Assembly: GCA_027484965.1 (NCBI GenBank)
Contig: JAIXRY010000015.1
Coordinates: 1,622 to 65,621 of the forward strand
Reading direction: 5' to 3'
Source: a bacterium
GTDB taxonomy: Bacteria; Patescibacteriota; Minisyncoccia; Phycocordibacterales; UBA9973
DNA: 64,000 nucleotides
This document shows, one piece after another, positions 40,091 through 48,728 of this stretch. The number at the start of each line of letters is the position of its first letter. The first letter of the stretch is position 1. Made by a program: the position numbers and the translations under genes. The notes under the pieces were generated by a model. That model worked only from the letters and a program-made list of their open reading frames with translations. It made no database searches and was not told where the DNA came from.

Positions 40091-40549
40091 TTAGTCTATT
40101 TTTGTATATCCGTATGCAAAAAAAGATTTTAACCTTCCTATAGTTTCTCCTTGAAACTCGACCTCGCTATCCTTAACTTCCTTTTTATGTTTTATTGAAG
40201 CAAGAACTATATGCTTACCATTGATACAATACATAATTCTTAAGCCATAACGAGCACCTTCCTTATCTACTGCCCATCTCATTTTCCAAAGAACCCAATC
40301 TTCTGATAAAAATGGCTGTTGTCCATTTTTATCATTATTAGGTATTTCATTTGGTGTACTGAACTTATTTTTAATTGTACTTGAAATCTGCCTTAAAATT
40401 GGAATAGTAGATATTTTCTCTGAAACAGAAAGTTTTTCGAACTCATCCTGAGTTAAGTCACACTCTAAAAAAGTGGGTTTTATATGTTTAGAAAGTTTTT
40501 TGACGTCTTTCCAAAAATCAGGGCAAGTAAATAGGGTGCAATCATCCAT
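40091..40549 (-). CDS. Candidate toxin: 152-aa protein with a C-terminal RelE/ParE-fold-like core, encoded directly downstream of the Panacea-domain gene
   Basis: C-terminal GARYGLRIMYCINGKHIVLASIKHKKEV resembles the RelE/ParE beta-sheet core (yRi.Y.i....i.il.i.H.k). The roughly 90-aa N-terminal extension is of unknown function. A 9-bp gap separates it from the upstream gene. Confidence 0.4.
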   Translation of the reverse strand: MDDCTLFTCPDFWKDVKKLSKHIKPTFLECDLTQDEFEKLSVSEKISTIPILRQISSTIKNKFSTPNEIPNNDKNGQQPFLSEDWVLWKMRWAVDKEGARYGLRIMYCINGKHIVLASIKHKKEVKDSEVEFQGETIGRLKSFFAYGYTKID

Positions 40550-40558
40550 TTTAGTAAT

Positions 40559-41077
40559 CTAAGCATTTTGATAATCAGGATATTCTTCAACCAAGTTGTA
40601 AGCGGTATTATATTCTACTACTCCTCCTTCATTAGCTGAAAGATAAGGTATTTGTTTGTGAGTAATATCTGCCAATATATTATAAGAATAGTTTGCGTAT
40701 TTATTTAAAACATACTTAACTGTTTTAATCTCCTTAGCATCTAGCCCTACATTAACATTATCTTTTGGGCAATACTCAAACTGACCTTTCTTTTCTATTA
40801 GACCACTACGTACAAGTACGTTTAGATCGGCATTAAAGGAACGCGCCAAAGGACCATATGTTCTCTTTTCATAAATACTTTCAATGTCAGAAATCGGTTC
40901 ATCATTAAAAGCATAGTGAATAAAATCAGAAAAGTATTGAAACTTTGCTAATTTAATTTTATCGTCAATACCGTTAGTTTCTTGAATTATTGTATATAGA
41001 AGTTTTTGAGATTTAGTGAGGTCCATACTTATATTATTATACACTAATCTAGTAAAGGAATGTAATTCCAAAATCAA
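40559..41077 (-). CDS. Panacea-domain (DUF4065, SocA-like) putative antitoxin. True start probably MDLTKSQ.
   Basis: QKLLYTIIQ...KRTYGPLARSF follows the KLqKLLYf...W.yGPv pattern of DUF4065. Confidence 0.5.
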   Translation of the reverse strand: MILELHSFTRLVYNNISMDLTKSQKLLYTIIQETNGIDDKIKLAKFQYFSDFIHYAFNDEPISDIESIYEKRTYGPLARSFNADLNVLVRSGLIEKKGQFEYCPKDNVNVGLDAKEIKTVKYVLNKYANYSYNILADITHKQIPYLSANEGGVVEYNTAYNLVEEYPDYQNA

Positions 41078-41229
41078 GTGTGAATAACATAATATAGTAT
41101 AATTTATATTATGTCAAGTATTATAGTACTTTGTCAGTCATTATAAAATTAAAGACAAGCATAAAACTACTTTTTTATATTTAAAACTTTCTTAACTTAA
41201 TGATATCAATCAATAAAGAATGGTCAAGA

Positions 41230-43521
41230 TTAAATTAAAATATCACTCAAGTTTTTCCAACCCTTAAGAGCTGTGGTGTACTCATATTCGGCGCTAGTAT
41301 TGATTTTCCAGCCATTTGAGCCATCTTGAACAGCTATACCGCCATAGTAACCTTTCTTACTTTTGAGCCACGCTTGGAGCGATTCAGCGCGTTCTTTCGC
41401 CCCTTTTGCAGTATCTCCACCTTTAGTATCAATAATGTAGATACCTTTTTTAGTTTTTATAATCCAATCAGGGTAAAACAAACTCTCTTTATTCTTTGTT
41501 GTGTCGTGATAGGGAATAGAAAAAAACTCGCTACCTAAATCACCATTCTTATACCACCAAATAATAGAGTCATTTTCTTCAAGAGATTTTATAAAGTTTG
41601 TTTCATTTTTTCTGCCAGTATATTCTTTCTCAATAAAAAATGGTTGCATAGCACTTTTCTTAACTTTCATTTCTTCATATTGGTCAGTATAAAAAAGTGA
41701 TGGTCTTGGTATTTCAATTTGTTCGGTCCTCTTTGAGCGATCTGATTTACGGTTTACTTCTTGCTCTCGAATCGGACGATATGTCGCTAATGCTTTACCG
41801 ATAACATTACTTAAAACACTATTTACCTTTAGAAAATCACCGACAACAATATGGTATATTTCTAATCTTTGTTCTTTCAATAATCCAAGAAGCCACACAT
41901 TCAAAGCGGTCTTTAATTTACCCCAAGAACGCTCTGGAGCAAACTTTTTATCCTCATCAATTTGCTTAGCAATACTATTGAAACAAAACAGATTATATAA
42001 TCTTTCTAAATCGTGCTGAGACATTTCTTGCTCATAACTACTACCTTCAGCAAGAAGCTCTTGTTTGAAGTTATCGTAATCATCAATCTCAACATCAACA
42101 ATCAAACCATTCGTCACTCTTTTATTTAAGACAAGTTTCTTATCAGTCAATTTTTTTATGATATTTGCTTTTGTGTCTTTCTCAGAAATACTAAAATACT
42201 CATTAGCTGTTTCCTTGAAAGTTTCTTGAAAACTATCACCTAAGTCATTGTAATCAGTTCGGCTCATAAACACAGAATCAAGGACTATTGGCTCAACAGA
42301 CGGGTTACGATAACTACTATTTATTGCTGGTCTATTTTGGTCAGCAGATTTTGAATATCCTACAAGCACCTCATTGCGTTTATAGTTTGTATATAAATAA
42401 CCAAGATTAAGTTCTGGTATTGCGAAATGTGTACCTAGTGGCATACGCAATATACGCCCTACTGTTTGAATAGCAAAAGTAGCATTCTTTATTTCTCTAA
42501 ACATAACTAAGACACTTGCTCGTGGACAATCCCAACCAGTAGCTACTGCTTGTTTAAATAGTAAAAAAGAAACTGGAGAATTGTGACTTTCTATATCCTT
42601 AAGATTAACCTTGTCGTCAGATAGCCAGACCGCTATTTCGTCTTCTGTAATACCTTTAGCTTTTAGAAAACTAATAATGAAACCTTGTTTATTATCATTT
42701 GTACCCTTACTTGCTTTGTCATCGTTTGGTAATTGAATTAAAACTAAAGGATTTATATCAAGTTTTAGTTTATCCTTATAAAAATCTAAAAGTTCTTTTC
42801 TTTTATTAAAAGCTAAAGTGAGTAATGCATCACTATCATTCAAATCTTTCATTTCTTCTAAATCTTCTTTTGTTTGAAAAACGATTTTCTCTTTAATCAA
42901 TCCCTCTCTAACGACATCTTTGCGATCCACATCAACAGTAATACCTTTGGTTTGAGGAGTAGCAGAAACACCAATAATGATTCTTGGCTTAATAACATTC
43001 TTGATTAAATCACTCGCTAGAACTGTATCTGAAGCAATATGTTCTTCATCAATAATCAACACAACATCACGCTTAAGTAAATGTGTGTTTTCTAAATACA
43101 TATCAAAAGTAGTATTAGCTTCACCTTCAGTACGAAGTTTCCTATTGTCTTTTGATCTTGAAACAAGTTTTTGCCAGTTTATAAAAAACACTCCATTTTT
43201 AGGTAGATTCCCGTCTCGTAAATTATTCATATCCACAAGAGGATTTTCACTCGCTCCACCATAATAAGAAAAAAGTTTCTCTTTTGACTGCATTGCGAGA
43301 GAATCTGAGTTTGTTATCCAAATAAAACTAACATTAGCACTAGAAAATCTTGGATCAGAAACAATATCTCTTAAGAACTGAGCCATCATTATTGTTTTAC
43401 CTGAACCAGTAGGAGATTTGAAAGTCAGGTTCACATTAGTATCGCCAAGTTTCCATAAAGTTAGAAACTTATCTTTAAGTTGTGATATGGCTGTTTCTTG
43501 AAATGGTTTTAGTGTAAGCAT
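41230..43521 (-). CDS. res: Type III restriction enzyme Res subunit (SF2 helicase plus C-terminal PD-(D/E)xK nuclease)
   Basis: Helicase motif I KSPTGSGKT. DEAH-like LIIDEEH. C-terminal nuclease motif YPDW...IYIIDTKG (PD...D.K). Immediately downstream of mod in the same operon. Confidence 0.7.
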   Translation of the reverse strand: MLTLKPFQETAISQLKDKFLTLWKLGDTNVNLTFKSPTGSGKTIMMAQFLRDIVSDPRFSSANVSFIWITNSDSLAMQSKEKLFSYYGGASENPLVDMNNLRDGNLPKNGVFFINWQKLVSRSKDNRKLRTEGEANTTFDMYLENTHLLKRDVVLIIDEEHIASDTVLASDLIKNVIKPRIIIGVSATPQTKGITVDVDRKDVVREGLIKEKIVFQTKEDLEEMKDLNDSDALLTLAFNKRKELLDFYKDKLKLDINPLVLIQLPNDDKASKGTNDNKQGFIISFLKAKGITEDEIAVWLSDDKVNLKDIESHNSPVSFLLFKQAVATGWDCPRASVLVMFREIKNATFAIQTVGRILRMPLGTHFAIPELNLGYLYTNYKRNEVLVGYSKSADQNRPAINSSYRNPSVEPIVLDSVFMSRTDYNDLGDSFQETFKETANEYFSISEKDTKANIIKKLTDKKLVLNKRVTNGLIVDVEIDDYDNFKQELLAEGSSYEQEMSQHDLERLYNLFCFNSIAKQIDEDKKFAPERSWGKLKTALNVWLLGLLKEQRLEIYHIVVGDFLKVNSVLSNVIGKALATYRPIREQEVNRKSDRSKRTEQIEIPRPSLFYTDQYEEMKVKKSAMQPFFIEKEYTGRKNETNFIKSLEENDSIIWWYKNGDLGSEFFSIPYHDTTKNKESLFYPDWIIKTKKGIYIIDTKGGDTAKGAKERAESLQAWLKSKKGYYGGIAVQDGSNGWKINTSAEYEYTTALKGWKNLSDILI

Positions 43522-43525
43522 AAAA

Positions 43526-45214
43526 TTATAGACGATTTATTTCTTTATAAACTTCAAGGATAGGTTCAGGAATATCCTCGACACGAATCAAACTTGAACT
43601 ATATTCATTCTTATACTCATTTTTACCCCAACCAAAAACATAAAGAACTGCTGGAGTTTTTTCTTTCTCTAGCTTAGAAATAAGTTCTTTAATTTTTGAC
43701 TTATCTTCTTTGAAGTAAATAGCTGTCTTTTTATTAACGCCTTCAAAAACCTGATACCATTCATTTTTCTCTATTTCATTGAGGGTGTCCTCACGAACAG
43801 CAATCATTTCACCTGCTTGATAAGTGACTTTAATTTTGGCTTCATCAGAAATCTTATGCAGTTTATCTACATTTACAAGATCAGTTTTGTAATACGATAA
43901 ATTACCACCAAGACCATCAACCTTTTCGCCTTTCTTATTTTTGTATCCCTTAATAACTCTTTTTATACGCTCATAAGTCACTTCCTCACAGATATTATTT
44001 TCATTGTTAGTACAAAGAATAAACTTGCGATTACCACCATCTTGCTTATTGAGTTCAAGTACGGCGTGTCCTGTTGTACCAGAGCCAGCAAAGAAATCTA
44101 GGACAAGACCATTTTTATTCTGTTCTACAGCAGTAAGACATTCTTTAACTAAATGCAGTGATTTTGGAAATGGGAACTTGTCAGGAAGTATTTGTGATAG
44201 TAGCTGAGTGCCATAGATATTTGCATTAAACTTAGAATCATCCCAAACTGTTTTTCTAATATAGTTTTTCTTTCCACGTAAAATGGAGTATTGCTCACCT
44301 TGTTTTTTGGCAACAAGTTCATCAGCTATTGTTTCAACAGTATCTCTAGCAAATCTCCATCTTCGCTCTATTCCGTTTCCGTCTATAGGGTAAATATAAA
44401 TAAGACCATTTTTTAGCTCATTTGCTAATTTTGGATGAAATGTATCTTTGGGGACATCTCCAAATCCAACAATTTTATTTCCATCAAATATAATTGAATA
44501 AAAACAATTAGGTGACCCTTCTCTTTTTGAGTTTTCTTTACCCCAATCTCTAAATGGAGTCAGTTCCTCACCAGAACGCAATTCTGGATTTATATATCCA
44601 CTTTGTTTTGGATAAACAAAATAAATGTATTCGTGATTATAAGAAAAGTTTGTTCCTTGAATTCCTCCTTGGTTGTGAATTACAGTTACACAGTCTATTG
44701 CCCAGCCATAAAAGATTTCTTGTAGTAAAAGACCTAATGTATTTAATTCGTTCTCATCAATAGCACACACTAACGCACCCTTAGGAGAGAGTAATCCCTT
44801 AGCGAGTTTTAATCTTGAGTACATCATAGACAACCATTTACTGTGCCTAAAATCATCTTCTTTGTCTATATAATCATTATTATAACGCCAACTATTATTT
44901 CCAGTATTATATGGGGGATCAATATAAATAACATCAATCTTGCTTTTGTGTGTATAGTTCAAAACAGAAAGAGAGTGATAATTGTCACCCTCAATCAAAA
45001 GATTGCTTGGCGCTGAATTATCAGAAACAATTTTTCTATTCTTAACTTCTCTAAGAATTGGTATATTCTCTTTGCATTGTAAAACAACATCTTCTGGTTT
45101 ATCTTCCCAGATGAGTCCATATTTTTTATCCTTGAGTTTTTTAATTTCTAACTCAAGTTCTGAAATACGAGCAAGAAGCTCTTTTTCGTGTAATTGTAAT
45201 TTATTTGTAGACAC
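43526..45214 (-). CDS. mod: Type III R-M Mod subunit (beta-class N6-adenine DNA methyltransferase) with N-terminal coiled-coil and about 160 extra C-terminal residues
   Basis: Motif IV IYIDPPYNTG precedes motif I DFFAGSGTTGHA, the beta-group order. Gene order is mod then res. Confidence 0.75.
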   Translation of the reverse strand: MSTNKLQLHEKELLARISELELEIKKLKDKKYGLIWEDKPEDVVLQCKENIPILREVKNRKIVSDNSAPSNLLIEGDNYHSLSVLNYTHKSKIDVIYIDPPYNTGNNSWRYNNDYIDKEDDFRHSKWLSMMYSRLKLAKGLLSPKGALVCAIDENELNTLGLLLQEIFYGWAIDCVTVIHNQGGIQGTNFSYNHEYIYFVYPKQSGYINPELRSGEELTPFRDWGKENSKREGSPNCFYSIIFDGNKIVGFGDVPKDTFHPKLANELKNGLIYIYPIDGNGIERRWRFARDTVETIADELVAKKQGEQYSILRGKKNYIRKTVWDDSKFNANIYGTQLLSQILPDKFPFPKSLHLVKECLTAVEQNKNGLVLDFFAGSGTTGHAVLELNKQDGGNRKFILCTNNENNICEEVTYERIKRVIKGYKNKKGEKVDGLGGNLSYYKTDLVNVDKLHKISDEAKIKVTYQAGEMIAVREDTLNEIEKNEWYQVFEGVNKKTAIYFKEDKSKIKELISKLEKEKTPAVLYVFGWGKNEYKNEYSSSLIRVEDIPEPILEVYKEINRL

Positions 45215-45216
45215 AA

Positions 45217-45362
45217 AAGGGATGGGTTTTTTGTCTTGTAAAAGCTGGCTACGAAATCACAGAACCCCGCGCCAGCCTGAGCTTTTTACAGCCCCATATC
45301 AGTTTCCCGATATGACCCATCCCTGAGTAGCTGAACGCGGGGTTCAGTATCAGGGATGGGTG
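45217..45362. promoter_or_regulatory. GC-rich cluster of interleaved inverted repeats in the mod / 45478-ORF divergent intergenic region
   Basis: GGGATGGGT appears forward at 45219 and 45353, and as its reverse complement ACCCATCCC at 45315. CAGAACCCCGCG (45260) pairs with CGCGGGGTTCAG (45337). The GC content is very unusual for this AT-rich genome. Confidence 0.45.
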
Positions 45363-45477
45363 TTTTATACCGTATCTATCAATTTTTACATTAAATAGAC
45401 CTTAGGTAAATTAAATTGTCTTGTCTTTTTAGGACAATTTTAGTATAGCAAAAAACACTTAATTTTCATAGTCAAAT

Positions 45478-46791
45478 ATGATAAAATGCTTATGGTTTAA
45501 TACCAATTACAATTACTCAATGAATAAATTAAATCTAAAAGTTAAAGAGCAGATTGCGAGAGTTATTGGAGACAATTTTACTACTAATGAAATTGTTAAT
45601 GTCTTTACTGACGCGAATGTAAAAACAGATATATCTCTTTATGCAAAATGGAAGATAATTCTAAACGGGTTTAGTAATACATCTTCAGAAGAAGTGCTTT
45701 TTTATATTATTGAACAGTTTTGTCATCCTCTTAATTTTCCAGACACAGAAAGCAGATCTGACTTCATTATTAAATTAAACGAGATTCTTAAATATGAGTT
45801 TTTAGATTTAGTAGCCACAGAAAGAACAGTAAAAATTGTTGATATAAACGATGAAACTATACAAGAAAGAATACGAAAACCAGCAAAAACTTCAACTGAT
45901 TATATAGTAGATGCATTAAACTTTTTTAAGAATGAATACAATAAGGTTAGGATTTCTGGTTTAGATTATGAGTACTCATTAGGAGTAAATGCTAGTAGCG
46001 AAGAATTAGAATTAGACGATGGAGAAGAATATAACGCAAAACTTGAAGCCATAAAACGACTAAATAATGTTGGTTTAATTACTGAATATAAAATTGAAGA
46101 AAGAATGGAAAGTGGAGGATATTATGTTTGGGATTATGCTATTTGTAAAATAGACGAGCAAAAAATTACTGGTCAAGAAGAACCATTAGCTACAGATGCT
46201 GACATAAAATCAATAACCAAGAAAATAATACACGAACATACTCATAGATTTGAAAATAGTATTCAAGAAAAAGGAATTGATCTAAATATAAAAAATAAAG
46301 AAGATAATGTGGTTATAAAAAATAAAAAGAAAATCACATTACCTAGATTTCCAAGAACAGAATGGTCTAAAGTTTCAATAACACTTCTTGATGATACGAA
46401 TATGCTTCTTTCTGATGGAAAAAGCACGAAACCATCTTCTTTTGAGGGGATAGGTTGTGAGGATGGTAGAAATGGTAAACCAGATGAAAACTGGGCTTTT
46501 TTAGTAAGATTAGCTAAGGGTGATGGTCAAACAATTCCTATTTCCAAAAAAGAACGAGAGAGTAAGAAAAAACAAAAACAGAAGATTACAGACATTTTAA
46601 GGAAGATATTTCAAAACGAAACCGACCCTTTTGAAAATGAGTCAGGAGGAGTTTACAATGCAAAGTTTAATATAAAATATAATACTGACAAGAAAGAAAA
46701 AACTGATAGTAGATACTCTGATTTAGAGGATGTATTCTCTGAAATGACAGCGTCAACCGAAGAAGATATGAATAGTGATTTTTCACAATAA
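45478..46791 (+). CDS. Hypothetical protein (437 aa), island cargo adjacent to the R-M system
   Basis: Long ORF with a K/E-rich low-complexity C-terminus. No recognised catalytic motif. Confidence 0.45.
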   Translation: MIKCLWFNTNYNYSMNKLNLKVKEQIARVIGDNFTTNEIVNVFTDANVKTDISLYAKWKIILNGFSNTSSEEVLFYIIEQFCHPLNFPDTESRSDFIIKLNEILKYEFLDLVATERTVKIVDINDETIQERIRKPAKTSTDYIVDALNFFKNEYNKVRISGLDYEYSLGVNASSEELELDDGEEYNAKLEAIKRLNNVGLITEYKIEERMESGGYYVWDYAICKIDEQKITGQEEPLATDADIKSITKKIIHEHTHRFENSIQEKGIDLNIKNKEDNVVIKNKKKITLPRFPRTEWSKVSITLLDDTNMLLSDGKSTKPSSFEGIGCEDGRNGKPDENWAFLVRLAKGDGQTIPISKKERESKKKQKQKITDILRKIFQNETDPFENESGGVYNAKFNIKYNTDKKEKTDSRYSDLEDVFSEMTASTEEDMNSDFSQ

Positions 46792-46917
46792 TATAAAATA
46801 GAGAAAAGTATAGAAGCCACAACATATTTCTGTTGTGGCTTTTTGCCCTTGTGATTTTTCGTCCCCTGTAAATGAGAGCTCGAAACTCTCATATTACAAA
46901 TCATTAGAAAAATTACT

Positions 46918-47181
46918 ATGAAAAGTAAAAAGATTTCTATAAGCGATCCATCGTCTGTGTTCACCACTTATGACTTAGGTTGCAGTACTGCACTTTTATG
47001 TGCAGATTTTGAGCTTTTGACGATTGAGAAAGACGATCCAAGAAAAGCTCTTTTTGTATTCCATAAGAAAAGTGGAATAGAAGAAACAGCAAATAAGTAT
47101 TTTGCTGATAAATTAGATGTCAAAGCAAGGTCGTATTTTGACAACTTGAAAGCTCTAAAAAATAAGCTGTACGGAAACTAA
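46918..47181 (+). CDS. DUF5659-like small protein
   Basis: TTYDLGCSTALLCADFELLTIEKDDPRKALFVFHK...YFDNLKALKNKLY matches the DUF5659 pattern common on mobile elements. Confidence 0.5.
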   Translation: MKSKKISISDPSSVFTTYDLGCSTALLCADFELLTIEKDDPRKALFVFHKKSGIEETANKYFADKLDVKARSYFDNLKALKNKLYGN

Positions 47182-47184
47182 TCT

Positions 47185-47391
47185 ATGATGTTGTCAGATG
47201 AAAACATTATAGTATTTCAAAAACTCTATAAAGAGCATTTTGGAAAAGACATAAGTAAAGAAGATGCATATAAACAAGGCACAAAGTTTTTACGATTGAT
47301 GTCTTTGGTGTATCGTCCGATGACACGAGAAGAGTTTCAGTTTGCTCAAGAACGACAAGCAGAATCTTTGCGAAAGCAAAGAATTCCTTGA
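47185..47391 (+). CDS. Small hypothetical protein (68 aa)
   Basis: ORF tightly packed between the DUF5659 gene and the Rep-like gene (4-bp overlap). Confidence 0.35.
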   Translation: MMLSDENIIVFQKLYKEHFGKDISKEDAYKQGTKFLRLMSLVYRPMTREEFQFAQERQAESLRKQRIP

Positions 47392-48608
47392 AAAACACCG
47401 ACAACATAAAAATCATTATGGATACTATTATTATAAAAATACACGGTCCCAATAAGTTTGATTTTAAAGATAGGTCACTATTTCTACCAGAGATAAATCC
47501 TAGAAAATATGCAGATTTGTCACCTAGTGAAGTACGATCACGAAACTCGTCGCGCCCGTACCTCAGGAAGTTTGTCCTATATCCTAAGGCAAGCGATGAC
47601 TACATACCTAGAGTTGAAGTATTTGAAACTTTATTAAAAGATCGTAATTTCGTTGTTTATATTATGAAAATCACTTTTTCAGCCCCAAAACTACTTTATT
47701 GGAATAGTTTGCAGGAGGTAGGAGAAAAAGATAAAGATAAACTGTTTTATGCTTTGCGGATGTCTCTTGAGAATGTTGGTATCGGGGTAGAGACTGAATC
47801 TCTCGCGAACGCAACACTGGAGGCTGTGCACGTATGTAAAAATATACCTTTACCTAAAACGATAAAAATGCGAGATATAATCAATGAATTGGCGAAAATA
47901 GATATTAGTAAGGCATTTGATGTATCGGACAAGCAAGACAAAAAAGGTGCACGGGTGCTTAATATACACTCGGGGACAGTGGAATGGTCCTTGTACGATA
48001 AGATTTCAGATTCTATTCGTCCCAATAATAAACGTAGTGATAAGGGGCGTATGGGTGAAGAAAAAACAATTGTTGGAATATATAACCTACAAGACAGAGA
48101 AGTATTCCGTTACGAGTATCGTTTAAAGAAAACACAAACAACAAAAAGAGAAATAAATAAATTACTTAAAAGAGATTCCAAAACACCAGTCATTTTTAAA
48201 GATCTCTTTACTCCTGATTTGCTCAAAAAATTAGTACTCAATTCTTGGTACTTTATAGTAAATAAACCAGAAAATCAGCTTGCTCTATTTAGTGAAATAA
48301 ACAAATTAAAACTTTTACTGCACATACTCTCTGAGGCAAGTAAAAATGGTAAAAAAGCTCATAGTATGGATAATGCTTTTGTCTCATATGGACTAGCGAC
48401 TGTTATGCACGACGTTGGAGCAAAAGAGGTAAAAGGAGCTGTATTCGATGTCTGGAATAAAGATCATCCTGAGCGACTTACAAAGAAAATAAAGACAGCA
48501 TTAGATTTAATGAAAGGACTACCAATATCTCACAATATCGCTTTCATCGACTCTGAACTTGAAAAGTTTGAACTTATTAGCTTGGCTTCATTACAAAAAG
48601 GTATATAA
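47388..48608 (+). CDS. Putative rolling-circle replication initiator (Rep_trans / pT181 RepC-like)
   Basis: WSLYDKISD...VFRYEYRLKK parallels RepC FIRIYNKKQE...LWRVEIELKRD. This is a recalled-consensus comparison only. Confidence 0.4.
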   Translation: MKNTDNIKIIMDTIIIKIHGPNKFDFKDRSLFLPEINPRKYADLSPSEVRSRNSSRPYLRKFVLYPKASDDYIPRVEVFETLLKDRNFVVYIMKITFSAPKLLYWNSLQEVGEKDKDKLFYALRMSLENVGIGVETESLANATLEAVHVCKNIPLPKTIKMRDIINELAKIDISKAFDVSDKQDKKGARVLNIHSGTVEWSLYDKISDSIRPNNKRSDKGRMGEEKTIVGIYNLQDREVFRYEYRLKKTQTTKREINKLLKRDSKTPVIFKDLFTPDLLKKLVLNSWYFIVNKPENQLALFSEINKLKLLLHILSEASKNGKKAHSMDNAFVSYGLATVMHDVGAKEVKGAVFDVWNKDHPERLTKKIKTALDLMKGLPISHNIAFIDSELEKFELISLASLQKGI

Positions 48609-48728
48609 TGTAAACATCTACCCGTTTTTATGCAAAAGTATTTTTATTATAGACAACTTATGTTTTCTATACAGATGGGCATCCTTGTCCGCTTTGCTTT
48701 TGCAAACGGGTAGAGCAAGGATGCCCTT

